Positions 28,476 through 38,677 of a stretch of DNA of 64,000 nt are shown here, piece by piece. Source of the DNA: a virus. Every line of letters begins with the position of its first letter. The first letter of the stretch is position 1. The notes under the pieces are model-generated. The model was not told where the DNA came from. It worked only from the letters and a program-made list of their open reading frames with translations, and made no database searches. Both the position numbers and the translations under genes were made by a program. Location of the stretch: the IMG/VR virus record IMGVR_UViG_3300025435_001056, positions 112,633 to 176,632 of that record; one strand, 5' to 3'.

Positions 28476-29166
28476 CATCCTTCTTGAATTCCAATAGTTT
28501 GAGATTAAACAGTTCGGCAAACTCATTTACTAGCTCAAACGACCAGGGAAAAATATCCACATACGGTCCTGTTTTATGGGTCACTCCGGGGTTAGCACGC
28601 AGATAAAAACGTCCACCCGTTTTAAGCAGATCCACGCAGTGTCCAAAACGAGCTTCGATTTCATCTTGGCTGTTAAAATTGATAGATCCCAAGGCCATGA
28701 TCACATCGTACTTGTGCTTTACACGGTATTCGAGAATATCTACCTGATAGTCAGCTGCGTCATTGTAAGGATCAATGCCCACTAAATTTTGAATACGGCC
28801 TTTGAATGGATGATACCCACAGCCCACATCCAGTACAGCTTCGGGATTGAGTTTGTTGATTTCTTCTGCTAGTTGCCAACCAGTGTGATTGTAATCATCC
28901 GTACGCGGTTTCCAAATTTCCCCAAAAAAGCGCAGAATGTAGCGTTCGCTGATGGTGTCTACAATTTTGAGCAACGGGCCGTTGAAGCCGCAGTCTTCCA
29001 ACATGAGTTCAGCTTCTATCGTATCCTTGAACTTGCGATAACGAGCCGGCGTCCAAGGCAGTTGATCTACCTCAGTGTCGACGTCAATAGAAATATTCTT
29101 ATACTTGGGTAAATTAAAAGTATCTTGTAAATTTTTTGTAATTAGGTTAAAAATTTTGGTATTCAT
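28438..29166 (-). CDS. Class I SAM-dependent methyltransferase
   Basis: VLDVGCG, GIDP, YDVIMALGSINF, LLKTGG. Confidence 0.8.
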   Translation of the reverse strand: MNTKIFNLITKNLQDTFNLPKYKNISIDVDTEVDQLPWTPARYRKFKDTIEAELMLEDCGFNGPLLKIVDTISERYILRFFGEIWKPRTDDYNHTGWQLAEEINKLNPEAVLDVGCGYHPFKGRIQNLVGIDPYNDAADYQVDILEYRVKHKYDVIMALGSINFNSQDEIEARFGHCVDLLKTGGRFYLRANPGVTHKTGPYVDIFPWSFELVNEFAELFNLKLLEFKKDANNRLYFVYQKL

Positions 29167-29257
29167 TAAAAATTTTCCGTTTTAGGTAAATAATTTTACA
29201 AAGAGCTTAAAAATTTTAGGCCACTTGTAAATTCATATAACTATTTAAGGAGATTTT

Positions 29258-29953
29258 ATGAACTCAAAAGAATTTGTTGCCAAGATCGTGGCCGATAACC
29301 AAGCCCTGTTTCAAGCAAGCCAGCACAATGTTCGGGCTTACTTTGACAGTAAGCCAGCTCAAGAAGAACTGGTAGAGCACTTTATTGGCCGTATGGTCAA
29401 TGAGCGTATGAACATGGTTGAGATCAGCCAAGCTATTGCTACCATGCCTGCCGATGCAGATCCTGTAGAATTACAGTTGTTGACACAACAGGCTGCCGAC
29501 GAAGCTGTTCATTTCCGTCTTGTTAAAGAAGTTATTGAACACATTCAAGGTGCACCAGTTGATGTAGAAGCCGCCATTGCTCGCGAAGCCGCTAAACCAA
29601 CTGCCAAAGGTGCTGGTTTATTGGCCAAGTACGGTGCAGAGAATGATCGAGTGGCTCTTGCCGCTTATCAGTTGGTTGCCGAAGGTCGCGCCGAAGCTGT
29701 TTGGAACACTATGGCCGAGTGCATTGAAGATGAATTTATTAGTAAAAGTTATGCCAAAATTGCCCGGGATGAAGGTTTCCACAGCAAGATTGGTGCTCGT
29801 AAGCTAGAGCAGTTAGTTACAGATGCAGAAGTTGCTGCTCGAGTTGAAACATTGGTTGCCGCTATGCGTAAAGACTTGTATGAAATTTCATGCCGGAACA
29901 CTGTAGCAGCTGAAGCTGGCAAAGAGCTAGTGGCAGACGCATACGGTTGGTAA
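29258..29953 (+). CDS. Ferritin-like diiron-carboxylate protein
   Basis: E...DEAVH...E...DEGFH paired ExxH motifs; AAGGAG RBS; TAAATA at 29187. Confidence 0.85.
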   Translation: MNSKEFVAKIVADNQALFQASQHNVRAYFDSKPAQEELVEHFIGRMVNERMNMVEISQAIATMPADADPVELQLLTQQAADEAVHFRLVKEVIEHIQGAPVDVEAAIAREAAKPTAKGAGLLAKYGAENDRVALAAYQLVAEGRAEAVWNTMAECIEDEFISKSYAKIARDEGFHSKIGARKLEQLVTDAEVAARVETLVAAMRKDLYEISCRNTVAAEAGKELVADAYGW

Positions 29954-29954
29954 T

Positions 29955-30515
29955 TTGAAAATAGGACTCACTCAGCGGATCCTAAACTTCAGAGGGCGGG
30001 CGTATGACTCAATTGAGCATGGTTGGTATTCCTACTTGAAAGAGCATACGCTTGTTTTTGTTCCCAATCGATTAGATCAGGATTTTGAATCAGTAGCACA
30101 AGAAGTAGATTGTCTTATTATCACCGGTGGCGATGATCGTTTGATCAGACGCACCACAGAATTACAATTAGCCACAGCAGTAATAAAACAACAAAAACCT
30201 ATTTTGGGTGTATGTCATGGAGCATTTTTGCTGACTGATGTGTTTGGCGGTATAGTCGGTCGTAAAGACGGACATAGAGATGGAATTGAACATGTGGTCC
30301 GGTATTGTGAGCAGGATTATGTGGTCAACAGTTTTCACGGACTTGCAATTGAATCGGCACCACCCACAGCACAAGTACTGGCTCGAGACCCCGATGGCAC
30401 TTGCGAATCCTGGATTGATGGGTTGGTAGCAGCAGTAGTATGGCATCCAGAACGTATGGCAAACCCCTGGTTGCCAACAGAAATACAAAATTTAATATTC
30501 AAGGACAACAAATGA
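29955..30515 (+). CDS. Class I glutamine amidotransferase / peptidase C26 (PuuD-like)
   Basis: LIITGGDD, ILGVCHG nucleophile elbow, VNSFH, WHPE triad. Confidence 0.85.
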   Translation: MKIGLTQRILNFRGRAYDSIEHGWYSYLKEHTLVFVPNRLDQDFESVAQEVDCLIITGGDDRLIRRTTELQLATAVIKQQKPILGVCHGAFLLTDVFGGIVGRKDGHRDGIEHVVRYCEQDYVVNSFHGLAIESAPPTAQVLARDPDGTCESWIDGLVAAVVWHPERMANPWLPTEIQNLIFKDNK

Positions 30516-31486
30516 AAAAATTATTAGCGGTATTATTATTAATCCCAACCCTGGCCATGGCCTGGGAACCTATATATCCAGTTTCTGTAATTGTGGGCAA
30601 CACTCCCGGAGCTGGCAACGAAATTGCCTTTAGAGCCCTGGCAGCTGTTGTGCAAAAAAACAATCCCAAGTTTGTGTATGTGGTCGAAAACAAACCCGGT
30701 GCTGATTCAGTAGTGGCTCAAAATTATTTCCTACAGCAACCAGCCGATGGATACACCATCAATCTACCCAGCCATATGAGTACCTATGTGACTAATGACA
30801 TCTGGGAAGCCAAGATCAAAAAGTTTAACTACGATTCATTCATTGATGTCATGACCATGGGCAAGAGTCCATTGGTCCTGGTTGCCAATGCAAAAAGCAA
30901 GATCAATACTCCGGTTGAATTTATTAGATTAATTGCTACAACTACCCGTCCTATTAATGTTGCGGTAGGCGGTGGTGCTCATAGAACTGCCTACGAATAT
31001 CTTATGATGAAGGCCCATGGCAACGCTGACCTGGTCAAACCTATCAAGTTCAATGGTCCTTTACCGGCAGTGACCAGTGTTGCATCATTTGATACCGCCG
31101 GAGGAACAGAATTTGGTATTATGCCCATTGCTGTGGCTCGGCCATTGGTTGAGGCTGGCAAGGTCAAGCCCATTGGATTTACAGGCACACACCGCATGCC
31201 ACAATATCCCAATGTTCCCTTGTTAAATGAATGGGTTCCCGGTATCAATGTATATGCCGCTTGGTCAATAGAATTACCCAAAGGCACGCCTCAAGAAGTA
31301 GTCGATTGGTATCAGCAGAAGTTTAGTGCGGCTGTACATAGTGCGGAGTATAAAAAGTGGTGCGAACAAAATGTGGTCTTTGTGGATGAGTCTGAACTAA
31401 AGCCAGCTGGACTACGCCGGCACATGGAGGAACTGCGTGCTACATTCTTGCCTGTGTTGAAAACTATTGATTTAAGCAAAGAATGA
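30512..31486 (+). CDS. Bug/TctC-family periplasmic solute-binding protein
   Basis: Signal peptide MKKLLAVLLLIPTLAMA; VENKPGA, PADGYT, GKVKPIG, YPNVP, LPKGTPQEVV. Confidence 0.85.
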   Translation: MKKLLAVLLLIPTLAMAWEPIYPVSVIVGNTPGAGNEIAFRALAAVVQKNNPKFVYVVENKPGADSVVAQNYFLQQPADGYTINLPSHMSTYVTNDIWEAKIKKFNYDSFIDVMTMGKSPLVLVANAKSKINTPVEFIRLIATTTRPINVAVGGGAHRTAYEYLMMKAHGNADLVKPIKFNGPLPAVTSVASFDTAGGTEFGIMPIAVARPLVEAGKVKPIGFTGTHRMPQYPNVPLLNEWVPGINVYAAWSIELPKGTPQEVVDWYQQKFSAAVHSAEYKKWCEQNVVFVDESELKPAGLRRHMEELRATFLPVLKTIDLSKE

Positions 31487-32103
31487 AATATATCTTTTGT
31501 GCAGGTGCACCTGGCTCAAAATGGAGCAGTCTAATCAAAAACATCTACTACAGCCCCGATGTGGATCGTTCGGACTATTCGGATGACAGAACCTACTGGC
31601 ACGATGCTCCGGGACAGTTGGAACTCATGCACCTAGGTGCTTATTTTGATCCTGGCATGGAGTTTGGCGACTGGTTTGATCGTTTGGACCAATATACTCG
31701 GGCCGAATGTGAAGCTGAATTTGACCGCCCGTTTTCGGGCACAGGTATTCGTATCATCAAAAGCCATGTGTTTGCACATCACATAGATTTTATCAAACAG
31801 ACCTGGCCTGATTGCCCTGTTATCCTGGCACATCGCAACAATGATGCCGCACTGGGCTGGTGGGTCAAGTGTGGACACTTTAATATTACCTACCCGCTAT
31901 ATGATAAGTACTATCGAGATCTGCGAACCATGGCTGGCATAATTGCCAATCAAAATCAGGATATACAAAAAGCATGGGATCATCACAAGGGTAAAATACC
32001 TCCAAATAATCTTGCGTTGGCAGATATTTTAGGAATCAAATTGCCGCCTGATAATTATTTTCAAGACTACAGACAATCGGACCTAGGAGTAAAGGTAATA
32101 TGA
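31483..32103 (+). CDS. Sulfotransferase-like / P-loop-like protein
   Basis: N-terminal AGAPGSKWS loop, IIKSH, WPDCPVILAHR resemble sulfotransferase motifs. Confidence 0.55.
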   Translation: MKYIFCAGAPGSKWSSLIKNIYYSPDVDRSDYSDDRTYWHDAPGQLELMHLGAYFDPGMEFGDWFDRLDQYTRAECEAEFDRPFSGTGIRIIKSHVFAHHIDFIKQTWPDCPVILAHRNNDAALGWWVKCGHFNITYPLYDKYYRDLRTMAGIIANQNQDIQKAWDHHKGKIPPNNLALADILGIKLPPDNYFQDYRQSDLGVKVI

Positions 32104-32786
32104 AAAATCAAGCAGATTACGACAGCAGTTGGCAATGGTGTGTGGATCACAGTTGTTATCATTTTGATAACACTCGCATTGACCAGCCTGGTGAATGGTT
32201 TCGGGTCTTGGGTCGTTTTGAAGGCAACTGGACCGACGAAGTGACACAGGCTCAAGGAAAACCCATAACTTGGGCTACCCGTAAATTTTACGGCAATGAC
32301 GATGATACCGTAAGTCCCATGTTAGCTCAAGAAGAAAACGATCTTAGAACTACAGGTGCTCCGGTAGATCTTGAACTGACCGACGCAGTATTTGATATCA
32401 CGCCTTATCCTACCTTGATACGCATGAGTGAATACTTTGGTATAGCAGATGCCAAGATTCGCATGCATTATCAAAGACCAGGGCAGATGTTCAACCTGCA
32501 CATAGACAAATTGCAGGATCGTTGTCCTGAAGATCCTGAACAAGTGATCAGAATGACCATCATGCTAGCCGACTGGGCACCTGGACAATTTTACTCTTAC
32601 GGTACCTGTAACTACTCACACTGGCGTGCCGGAGATGTTCATATCTTTGATTGGGCCAATGTGCCACATGCCACGGCCAATGCCAGTCGCCACATGCGCC
32701 CGGTGCTACAGATCACTGGACTCAAAACCGAACACACTAGAAAATTATTAGAATACGCAGGACCCGAAGCCAGATATCAGGTATGA
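32100..32786 (+). CDS. Cupin-fold Fe(II)/2OG-type oxygenase (Asp/Asn beta-hydroxylase-like)
   Basis: PGQMFNLHID (HxD), WRAGDVHIFD, VPHATAN..R. Confidence 0.7.
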   Translation: MKNQADYDSSWQWCVDHSCYHFDNTRIDQPGEWFRVLGRFEGNWTDEVTQAQGKPITWATRKFYGNDDDTVSPMLAQEENDLRTTGAPVDLELTDAVFDITPYPTLIRMSEYFGIADAKIRMHYQRPGQMFNLHIDKLQDRCPEDPEQVIRMTIMLADWAPGQFYSYGTCNYSHWRAGDVHIFDWANVPHATANASRHMRPVLQITGLKTEHTRKLLEYAGPEARYQV

Positions 32787-33418
32787 CACAAACAAAAAAA
32801 CTGTTGATCCTGACCGGTCCACAGGGTGCAGGCAATCACATGTGGTCAAAAATCTTTGCTCTGTATCCAAGGACCTTTGGCTGGCAGGCTCTGCTGGACA
32901 AATACTGGATTGGGCATGATCAAGAACCCTTTGCTGAATACTGGGAAGATCCTGAAAAATTAAAAGACTTTGATTGGTCTGGTCACGATTACTTTGTGAC
33001 CAGTATCAGCGTGCCTTACATGCTGAATGGTGAACGTACCATACCTCGTTTTGGTCCATTCATACAGGCAGTTCGGGCAGCCGGAGTACAGATCCAATTT
33101 GCCATTCTAGGCCGAGATGCCAACATACTTGAAATGCAAGAAACTCGTGTGCGTGGAGAGCCTACCTTGCATCTAGCTGTTAACGAGCTGGCCAAACTAT
33201 CTGGGCAGATGCCACAATTTCTCAGTTACGAATTGTTGCATTTATATGGCCGTGACTATCTACAACAATTAAATACCATACTCGAGTTTCCTGTGGTTCA
33301 TACAGATCCCAGGATTAACGAAATCATAAAGGAAGACGCAAATACCAAATATTTTCAACCTGTAGAACATCATTGGGTAGACGATTTGGCCAAACATACT
33401 TCAAGGAAATGGCGATGA
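32783..33418 (+). CDS. Sulfotransferase-like / P-loop-like protein
   Basis: LILTGPQGAGNHMWSK N-terminal loop; FLSYELL late motif. Confidence 0.55.
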   Translation: MTQTKKLLILTGPQGAGNHMWSKIFALYPRTFGWQALLDKYWIGHDQEPFAEYWEDPEKLKDFDWSGHDYFVTSISVPYMLNGERTIPRFGPFIQAVRAAGVQIQFAILGRDANILEMQETRVRGEPTLHLAVNELAKLSGQMPQFLSYELLHLYGRDYLQQLNTILEFPVVHTDPRINEIIKEDANTKYFQPVEHHWVDDLAKHTSRKWR

Positions 33419-34251
33419 CACAACGAATTTTAATCATGGGTTTACCAGGATCGGGCAAAACAACTCTAGCAGGTGTTTTAAAAAAATACTTAGAAGAGCA
33501 TGGCGATATCAACTATACTCGAGCATTAAACGAATGCATCGGACCCGGAGTCATGGTTAATTGGTTCAATGCTGATGATGTCCGTCGCAAGTACAACGAC
33601 TGGGACTTTAGTCAGGATGGTCGCATTCGTCAGAGCCTGCGCATGTTTCAGTTCAGCATGGAGTCCGGAGGCGACTATGTGATCTGTGACTTTGTTGCAC
33701 CCTTAGTAGAACAGCGTAACAACTTTAAGGCTGATTGGACCATCTGGGTAGACACTATCCGTGAAGGACGTTATGCTGATACCAATCGAGCCTTTGTGGA
33801 ACCTGAACAGTACGACTTCCGCATTATCGAGCAGAATGCAGAAAAATGGGCTGAATTTATTGGTGAACACATTGTAGCCAATCGTCGTCGTCCGGTCTTT
33901 GATTGGCAGAAGGAAACTGTACAGATGCTGGGCCGTTGGCAACCCTGGCATGACGGACATCGTGCCCTGTTTGAACGCTTGATTGCTCGCACCGGGCAGG
34001 TAGTAATTCAAATTCGTGATTGCCAGGGCTGGCAAGGTTCGAACCCATTTGAAATAAAAAAAGTTAAAGAATTTATTCGACGCGACCTGGATCCAATCTA
34101 TCAAGGACAATACGAAATACAAGTAGTTCCTAACATTGTACATATTGGATGGGGCCGTGGAGTTGGTTATACGTCGGGCAAAGAAACGTTTGACGAAAGC
34201 ATTACTGACATAAGTGCTACCAAAATTCGTCGAGAAATGGGCCTTGAGTGA
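33415..34251 (+). CDS. cysC: Adenylylsulfate kinase fused to HxGH nucleotidyltransferase (PAPS synthase-like)
   Basis: GLPGSGKTT, NADDVR, DFSQDGRIRQ, DFVAP, FVEP; second domain GRWQPWHDGH..ISATKIR. Confidence 0.8.
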   Translation: MTQRILIMGLPGSGKTTLAGVLKKYLEEHGDINYTRALNECIGPGVMVNWFNADDVRRKYNDWDFSQDGRIRQSLRMFQFSMESGGDYVICDFVAPLVEQRNNFKADWTIWVDTIREGRYADTNRAFVEPEQYDFRIIEQNAEKWAEFIGEHIVANRRRPVFDWQKETVQMLGRWQPWHDGHRALFERLIARTGQVVIQIRDCQGWQGSNPFEIKKVKEFIRRDLDPIYQGQYEIQVVPNIVHIGWGRGVGYTSGKETFDESITDISATKIRREMGLE

Positions 34252-34462
34252 TACCGCTTTACAAAGTTTGGTTAAAGCCATCAGTTGGCAAGTAACTGGA
34301 TCCATTGACACTTTTGTTATCAGCTGGTTGATTACTGGTCAGGTGTTACTGGCCAGTGGTATAGCCTTTACTGAAATTATAACCAAGGTCTTTTTGTTTT
34401 GGGCCCACGAGCGAGTATGGAATAAGATTGCGTGGGGTATTGACTTGGTTGACAAAAAATAG
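34244..34462 (+). CDS. DUF2061-like small membrane protein
   Basis: SLVKAISWQVTGSIDT..HERVWNKIAWG; TTG start overlapping the cysC end. Confidence 0.8.
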   Translation: MSDTALQSLVKAISWQVTGSIDTFVISWLITGQVLLASGIAFTEIITKVFLFWAHERVWNKIAWGIDLVDKK

Positions 34463-34468
34463 TATAAT
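34440..34468 (+). promoter_or_regulatory. sigma70-type promoter
   Basis: TTGACT-N17-TATAAT. Confidence 0.7.
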
Positions 34469-34479
34469 TAGTATAGTAC

Positions 34480-35271
34480 ATGAAAAATTATTACGAAGCC
34501 TTAGGAGTCGATCGCACGGCCAGCCCAGATGAAATCAAACTGGCCTATCGACGATTAGCCAGCCAACATCATCCTGACAAGGGCGGAGACAAGCATCGAT
34601 TCCAAGAAGTTGAAGAAGCCTACAGGACTCTAAGTGATCCCAATGCACGAGCTCAATATGACAATCCTATAAGTGCTCGTGGCCCTGGATTTGGTTTTCA
34701 ACCCAATGGTTTTGATTTTGAATCAATATTTGATATTTTTGGTGCCAGATTTCAGCATCCGCATCAACAACAACGCCGAGCACAACATGCCATTATGACC
34801 TTGTGGATTACCTTGAAAGATGTGGCCCTGGGTGGTCGCAAAACAGTCAGCGTAGGTACTCCTCAGGGAAACTCCACAATTGAAATAGAAATACCCAAAG
34901 GAATCAATGATGGCGATAATGTACAATATGGTGGTGTTGGTCCCAATGGTATGGATCTAGTGATTACCTACAGAATACATCAGGATCCTAAGTGGAATCG
35001 CAACGGCCTTACCTTACATGCAAAAGAAAACATATCTGTTTGGGATTTGATACTAGGTACAGAATTACCTGTTCGTGACATATTGGGAAATAGCCTAACT
35101 TTAACTGTGCCGCCTAGATCACAACCTGACACAATACTGCGCCTGCGCGGTCGCGGACTAACCGATCGGGCAGGCAACACCGGTGATATGTTGGTCAAAC
35201 TACAAGTACAAATTCCTGATATTATTCCGCAAGAATTATTGGACCACATTACTCAAATCCGTGGTCAATAA
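34480..35271 (+). CDS. dnaJ: DnaJ/CbpA-like co-chaperone without zinc finger
   Basis: J domain with HPD motif, G/F region, C-terminal LRLRGRGL..GDMLV. Confidence 0.9.
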   Translation: MKNYYEALGVDRTASPDEIKLAYRRLASQHHPDKGGDKHRFQEVEEAYRTLSDPNARAQYDNPISARGPGFGFQPNGFDFESIFDIFGARFQHPHQQQRRAQHAIMTLWITLKDVALGGRKTVSVGTPQGNSTIEIEIPKGINDGDNVQYGGVGPNGMDLVITYRIHQDPKWNRNGLTLHAKENISVWDLILGTELPVRDILGNSLTLTVPPRSQPDTILRLRGRGLTDRAGNTGDMLVKLQVQIPDIIPQELLDHITQIRGQ

Positions 35272-35284
35272 ATAATCCTATAGC

Positions 35285-35313
35285 TTGCATTTTGTATTAA
35301 AATACAGTATAAT
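35285..35313 (+). promoter_or_regulatory. sigma70-type promoter with palindromic spacer
   Basis: TTGCAT-N17-TATAAT; TGTATT-AA-AATACA in the spacer. Confidence 0.65.
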
Positions 35314-35346
35314 AAACATTCGGTTAACATATTAAAAAAGGAACAC

Positions 35347-37623
35347 ATGCAAACTAGCCCCGAAATTGAACAGATCCTAGAAAACGCAGTTGGTCTGGCC
35401 CGCGAATACAAACACGAATATGTCTTAACCGAACATGTGTTGTTGGCTCTGATACGTTACAACCCCTTCCGTAAATGTTTAGAAAAATACGGTACCAATG
35501 CGGATCTTATGGATCAAGAGATTCAGGCCTATCTGCTCAGCCTAACCAATCTGGTTACTGACAAAGATGCTCCACCTAAAAAAACTAATGCACTAGAACG
35601 TTGTTTTAACCGAGCTTTGACCCAGGTGTTGTTTACCGGACGCCGTCAGGTGGCCACAGCTGATCTTTATCAGGCCATGATGGCCGAGACCAATAGTCAT
35701 GCACACTATTTTCTGCTCAAGTATGGCGTGCAGAAAAAAGACTTTATGGAGTTTTGGCAACAACACTACAATCATGCCGATGTAACTTTGAGTGATCAGC
35801 AGGCCTCTGAAATACTTACACAACACTGTTTGGATTTGACCAAGCTGGCTAAAGAAGATCGATTAGAGCCCATGATCGGACGATCCGCTGAAGTAGAAGA
35901 AATGATCACAGTTCTGGCACGCAAGTTTAAAGCCAATGTGCTCATGGTTGGTGATCCTGGGGTGGGCAAAACTGCTATTATTGAAGGCCTAGCACAAGAA
36001 ATTAGTACAGGTCGTGTACCAGAGTTCTTGAAAGATCATGAAGTGTGGAGCCTAGAAATAGCTAGTTTGTTAGCCGGAAGCAAATATCGTGGCGAGTTTG
36101 AAGAAAAATTCAAACAGGTCATTGCCGCACTTGAAACCAAGAAAAAATGTATTTTGTTCATTGACGAAGCACATACCATGATGGGTGCTGGAAGTTCTAG
36201 CAACAGTACCTTGGATTTTGCCAACATGTTAAAACCAGCCATTACTAAAGGTAATTTAAAAGTAGTAGCAAGCACTACCTGGGAAGAATACTACGAGTCA
36301 TTTGAAAAAGATCGCGCACTTATGCGTCGTTTTCATCGTGTAGCCATCGACGAGCCCACACCCGAAGTAACAGAGCAAATTCTTATTGGACTTAGCCCAA
36401 GATTAGAGTCATTTCACAATGTGTTAATTGGTACTGATGCTATCACTTCTGCTGTAGAATTAAGTGGTCGATATATACATGATCGTAAAAATCCCGACAA
36501 GAGTATTGATCTAATTGACGGTGCCTGTGCTCGAGAGCGTGTAAAAGACAAAGGTACAGTCACAGTTAATCAAGACATGATCATGGCACAGCTGAGTCGT
36601 GTGACCTCAGTACCGTTAGATCGTTTGCAAAATGAGAGCAGTCAAAATATTGTCGAACTAGAAAGCAATATTAAACAAAAGCTCTATGGACAAGATACTG
36701 CCGTAGATGCAGTACTAGAACGCATTTATATTAATTTTAGTGGTATTGGGAATGGCCGTCGTCCTATTGCCAGCTACCTATTCCTGGGACCCACAGGTAC
36801 TGGTAAAACAGAACTAGCCAAGTTGTTGGCTGAAAATCTAGATATGAAATTGCTCAAGTATGATATGTCAGAATATCAAGAACGACACACGGTTAGCAGT
36901 CTAATTGGTGCACCTCCGGGTTATGTAGGATTCGAAGATGGCAATATCGGCGGCGGCAAGTTGATTAGTGATATTAGTAAAAATCCATTTAGTATTTTGT
37001 TGTTCGATGAAATCGAAAAAGCTCACCCCGATGTAATCAATATCATGTTGCAAATGTTAGATGAAGCCCGTATTACTAGCAGTAATGGTAAAGTGGTAGA
37101 TCTTAAAAATTGCATCATTATCATGACATCGAACTTGGGTGCTAGAGACAACGAAACAAACAACATTGGTTTTGGACAAAGTTTAGAAAAAACCGGCAGT
37201 GAAGATAAGGCCATGAAAGAATTCTTTAAGCCTGAACTACGTAATCGCATTGATCAAGTCTGTAAGTTTATTAAACTGGACAACTTGGCTATCAAGAAGG
37301 TAGTAGTCAAATTTGTAGATGAACTAAAGGCTACGCTTGCAGATCGTCATGTTGATTTGACCTTGACTGAACCCGTAATTGATCTTTTGGTCGAAAAGGG
37401 CTATGACAGCCGGATGGGTGCCAGACCTCTAAGTCGCAAGATTGATGAACTAATTCGTGTACCATTAAGTAAACGTATCTTGTTTGATCGTTTAGAAAAT
37501 TGCGCTATCCGTGCGGTTTTAAATGGCGATCAAATTGAATTTGTTACCAATAATGCCAACACCGGGTCCGTTGTCGATGACCAAGGATATATTGTAATTG
37601 ACCAAATCGATCCTCCCGTTTAA
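35347..37623 (+). CDS. clpA: ClpA-like AAA+ unfoldase
   Basis: Clp N domain, two Walker A motifs (GDPGVGKT, GPTGTGKT), KYRGEFEE, GAPPGYVG, IGF ClpP-docking loop, no M domain. Confidence 0.92.
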   Translation: MQTSPEIEQILENAVGLAREYKHEYVLTEHVLLALIRYNPFRKCLEKYGTNADLMDQEIQAYLLSLTNLVTDKDAPPKKTNALERCFNRALTQVLFTGRRQVATADLYQAMMAETNSHAHYFLLKYGVQKKDFMEFWQQHYNHADVTLSDQQASEILTQHCLDLTKLAKEDRLEPMIGRSAEVEEMITVLARKFKANVLMVGDPGVGKTAIIEGLAQEISTGRVPEFLKDHEVWSLEIASLLAGSKYRGEFEEKFKQVIAALETKKKCILFIDEAHTMMGAGSSSNSTLDFANMLKPAITKGNLKVVASTTWEEYYESFEKDRALMRRFHRVAIDEPTPEVTEQILIGLSPRLESFHNVLIGTDAITSAVELSGRYIHDRKNPDKSIDLIDGACARERVKDKGTVTVNQDMIMAQLSRVTSVPLDRLQNESSQNIVELESNIKQKLYGQDTAVDAVLERIYINFSGIGNGRRPIASYLFLGPTGTGKTELAKLLAENLDMKLLKYDMSEYQERHTVSSLIGAPPGYVGFEDGNIGGGKLISDISKNPFSILLFDEIEKAHPDVINIMLQMLDEARITSSNGKVVDLKNCIIIMTSNLGARDNETNNIGFGQSLEKTGSEDKAMKEFFKPELRNRIDQVCKFIKLDNLAIKKVVVKFVDELKATLADRHVDLTLTEPVIDLLVEKGYDSRMGARPLSRKIDELIRVPLSKRILFDRLENCAIRAVLNGDQIEFVTNNANTGSVVDDQGYIVIDQIDPPV

Positions 37624-38302
37624 AATAGTCTTTAAAGATCGACTGTTTTACAGTCGATTTGAGTACACCATTGGATTTCAACTAGACGAAGCCAGTTGCC
37701 TGCGTGAGCTAGATCATACCTATATCGACACCATGATAGAGCGGCGCAAGGTTTGGCGTGAAGTAGCGCATCAGCGTTGGCAAAAGACCAACAACACATT
37801 TGGCAATATACTGACTCGTCGTACCAAAGAAATCACTGGCCAAACAGTCAACGACCTACACGAATTTGCTCGACATCTATTGACCACTACAGCAGATTTC
37901 AAATTGATTGTGAGTTCCAATTACGGTCATGTATATACCAATGATTGCAAGTTAATAGATCAATTAAGTGACCTAGGATCGTTGAAACAAAAAATTTATC
38001 GTCGTGCTGTGATAACTCGGGCCAAAGATACAATCAGTTTGAGAAATCCACAGCATCAGTTTCGTAGTTATTTTAAATCGACCAAAATTACTGCCGAACA
38101 AAAAGACCATCTAGTGGCATTTTTAACCATGCAAACAGAAATCAGGGTCAGTCCAGCCTTGAGCGGTTGGATGCTGACACCGTTTCATAGGACCCAGGAT
38201 TATTTTTTTGTAGATCACAATGAAATGACCTGGTTAACCATGTTGAGCCTAGTGCGTACAGGACTTGTAAGAAAAACTATGCAGATAATTGCAACTAAAT
38301 AG
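37598..38302 (+). CDS. Hypothetical protein
   Basis: 234-aa ORF; start uncertain. Confidence 0.65.
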   Translation: MTKSILPFKIVFKDRLFYSRFEYTIGFQLDEASCLRELDHTYIDTMIERRKVWREVAHQRWQKTNNTFGNILTRRTKEITGQTVNDLHEFARHLLTTTADFKLIVSSNYGHVYTNDCKLIDQLSDLGSLKQKIYRRAVITRAKDTISLRNPQHQFRSYFKSTKITAEQKDHLVAFLTMQTEIRVSPALSGWMLTPFHRTQDYFFVDHNEMTWLTMLSLVRTGLVRKTMQIIATK

Positions 38303-38308
38303 TTAGCT

Positions 38309-38677
38309 ATGACACAGTACACCACTTTAACTCTACTACCCTCGACCGTTTATGGCACACCTTCGGGCAACTATAACGGATCCAACACCACATTTATAGG
38401 TAATGTAGTTCCGGCCGCTAATTACTATGCTGGTCAAGGAGTAGTACAAACCTTAACCTATACTACCAATGGTTTTGTTGGAGTAATTACCATACAAGCC
38501 ACTCTGAACGATAACAATCCGCAGGCTGCCTGGTTTGACATAGATTCGTATGGTAATGCCACGGTGCCCACTACTGGAACACATGCCAATTCTGTTATGG
38601 GCAATTTTAGCTATCTCAGAGCTGCGGTAACAGATTTTACAGCCGGCAATATCACCGTTGTGACTGCTTCTTATTGA
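38309..38677 (+). CDS. Putative virion structural protein
   Basis: Thr/Gly-rich beta protein; TAAATA 7 nt upstream. Confidence 0.65.
   Translation: MTQYTTLTLLPSTVYGTPSGNYNGSNTTFIGNVVPAANYYAGQGVVQTLTYTTNGFVGVITIQATLNDNNPQAAWFDIDSYGNATVPTTGTHANSVMGNFSYLRAAVTDFTAGNITVVTASY

Noticed and set aside
35292-35307. LexA SOS box in the clpA promoter (TTGT-N8-ACAG)
   Set aside because: Mismatch at the conserved first C of CTGT-N8-ACAG, single instance in AT-rich sequence
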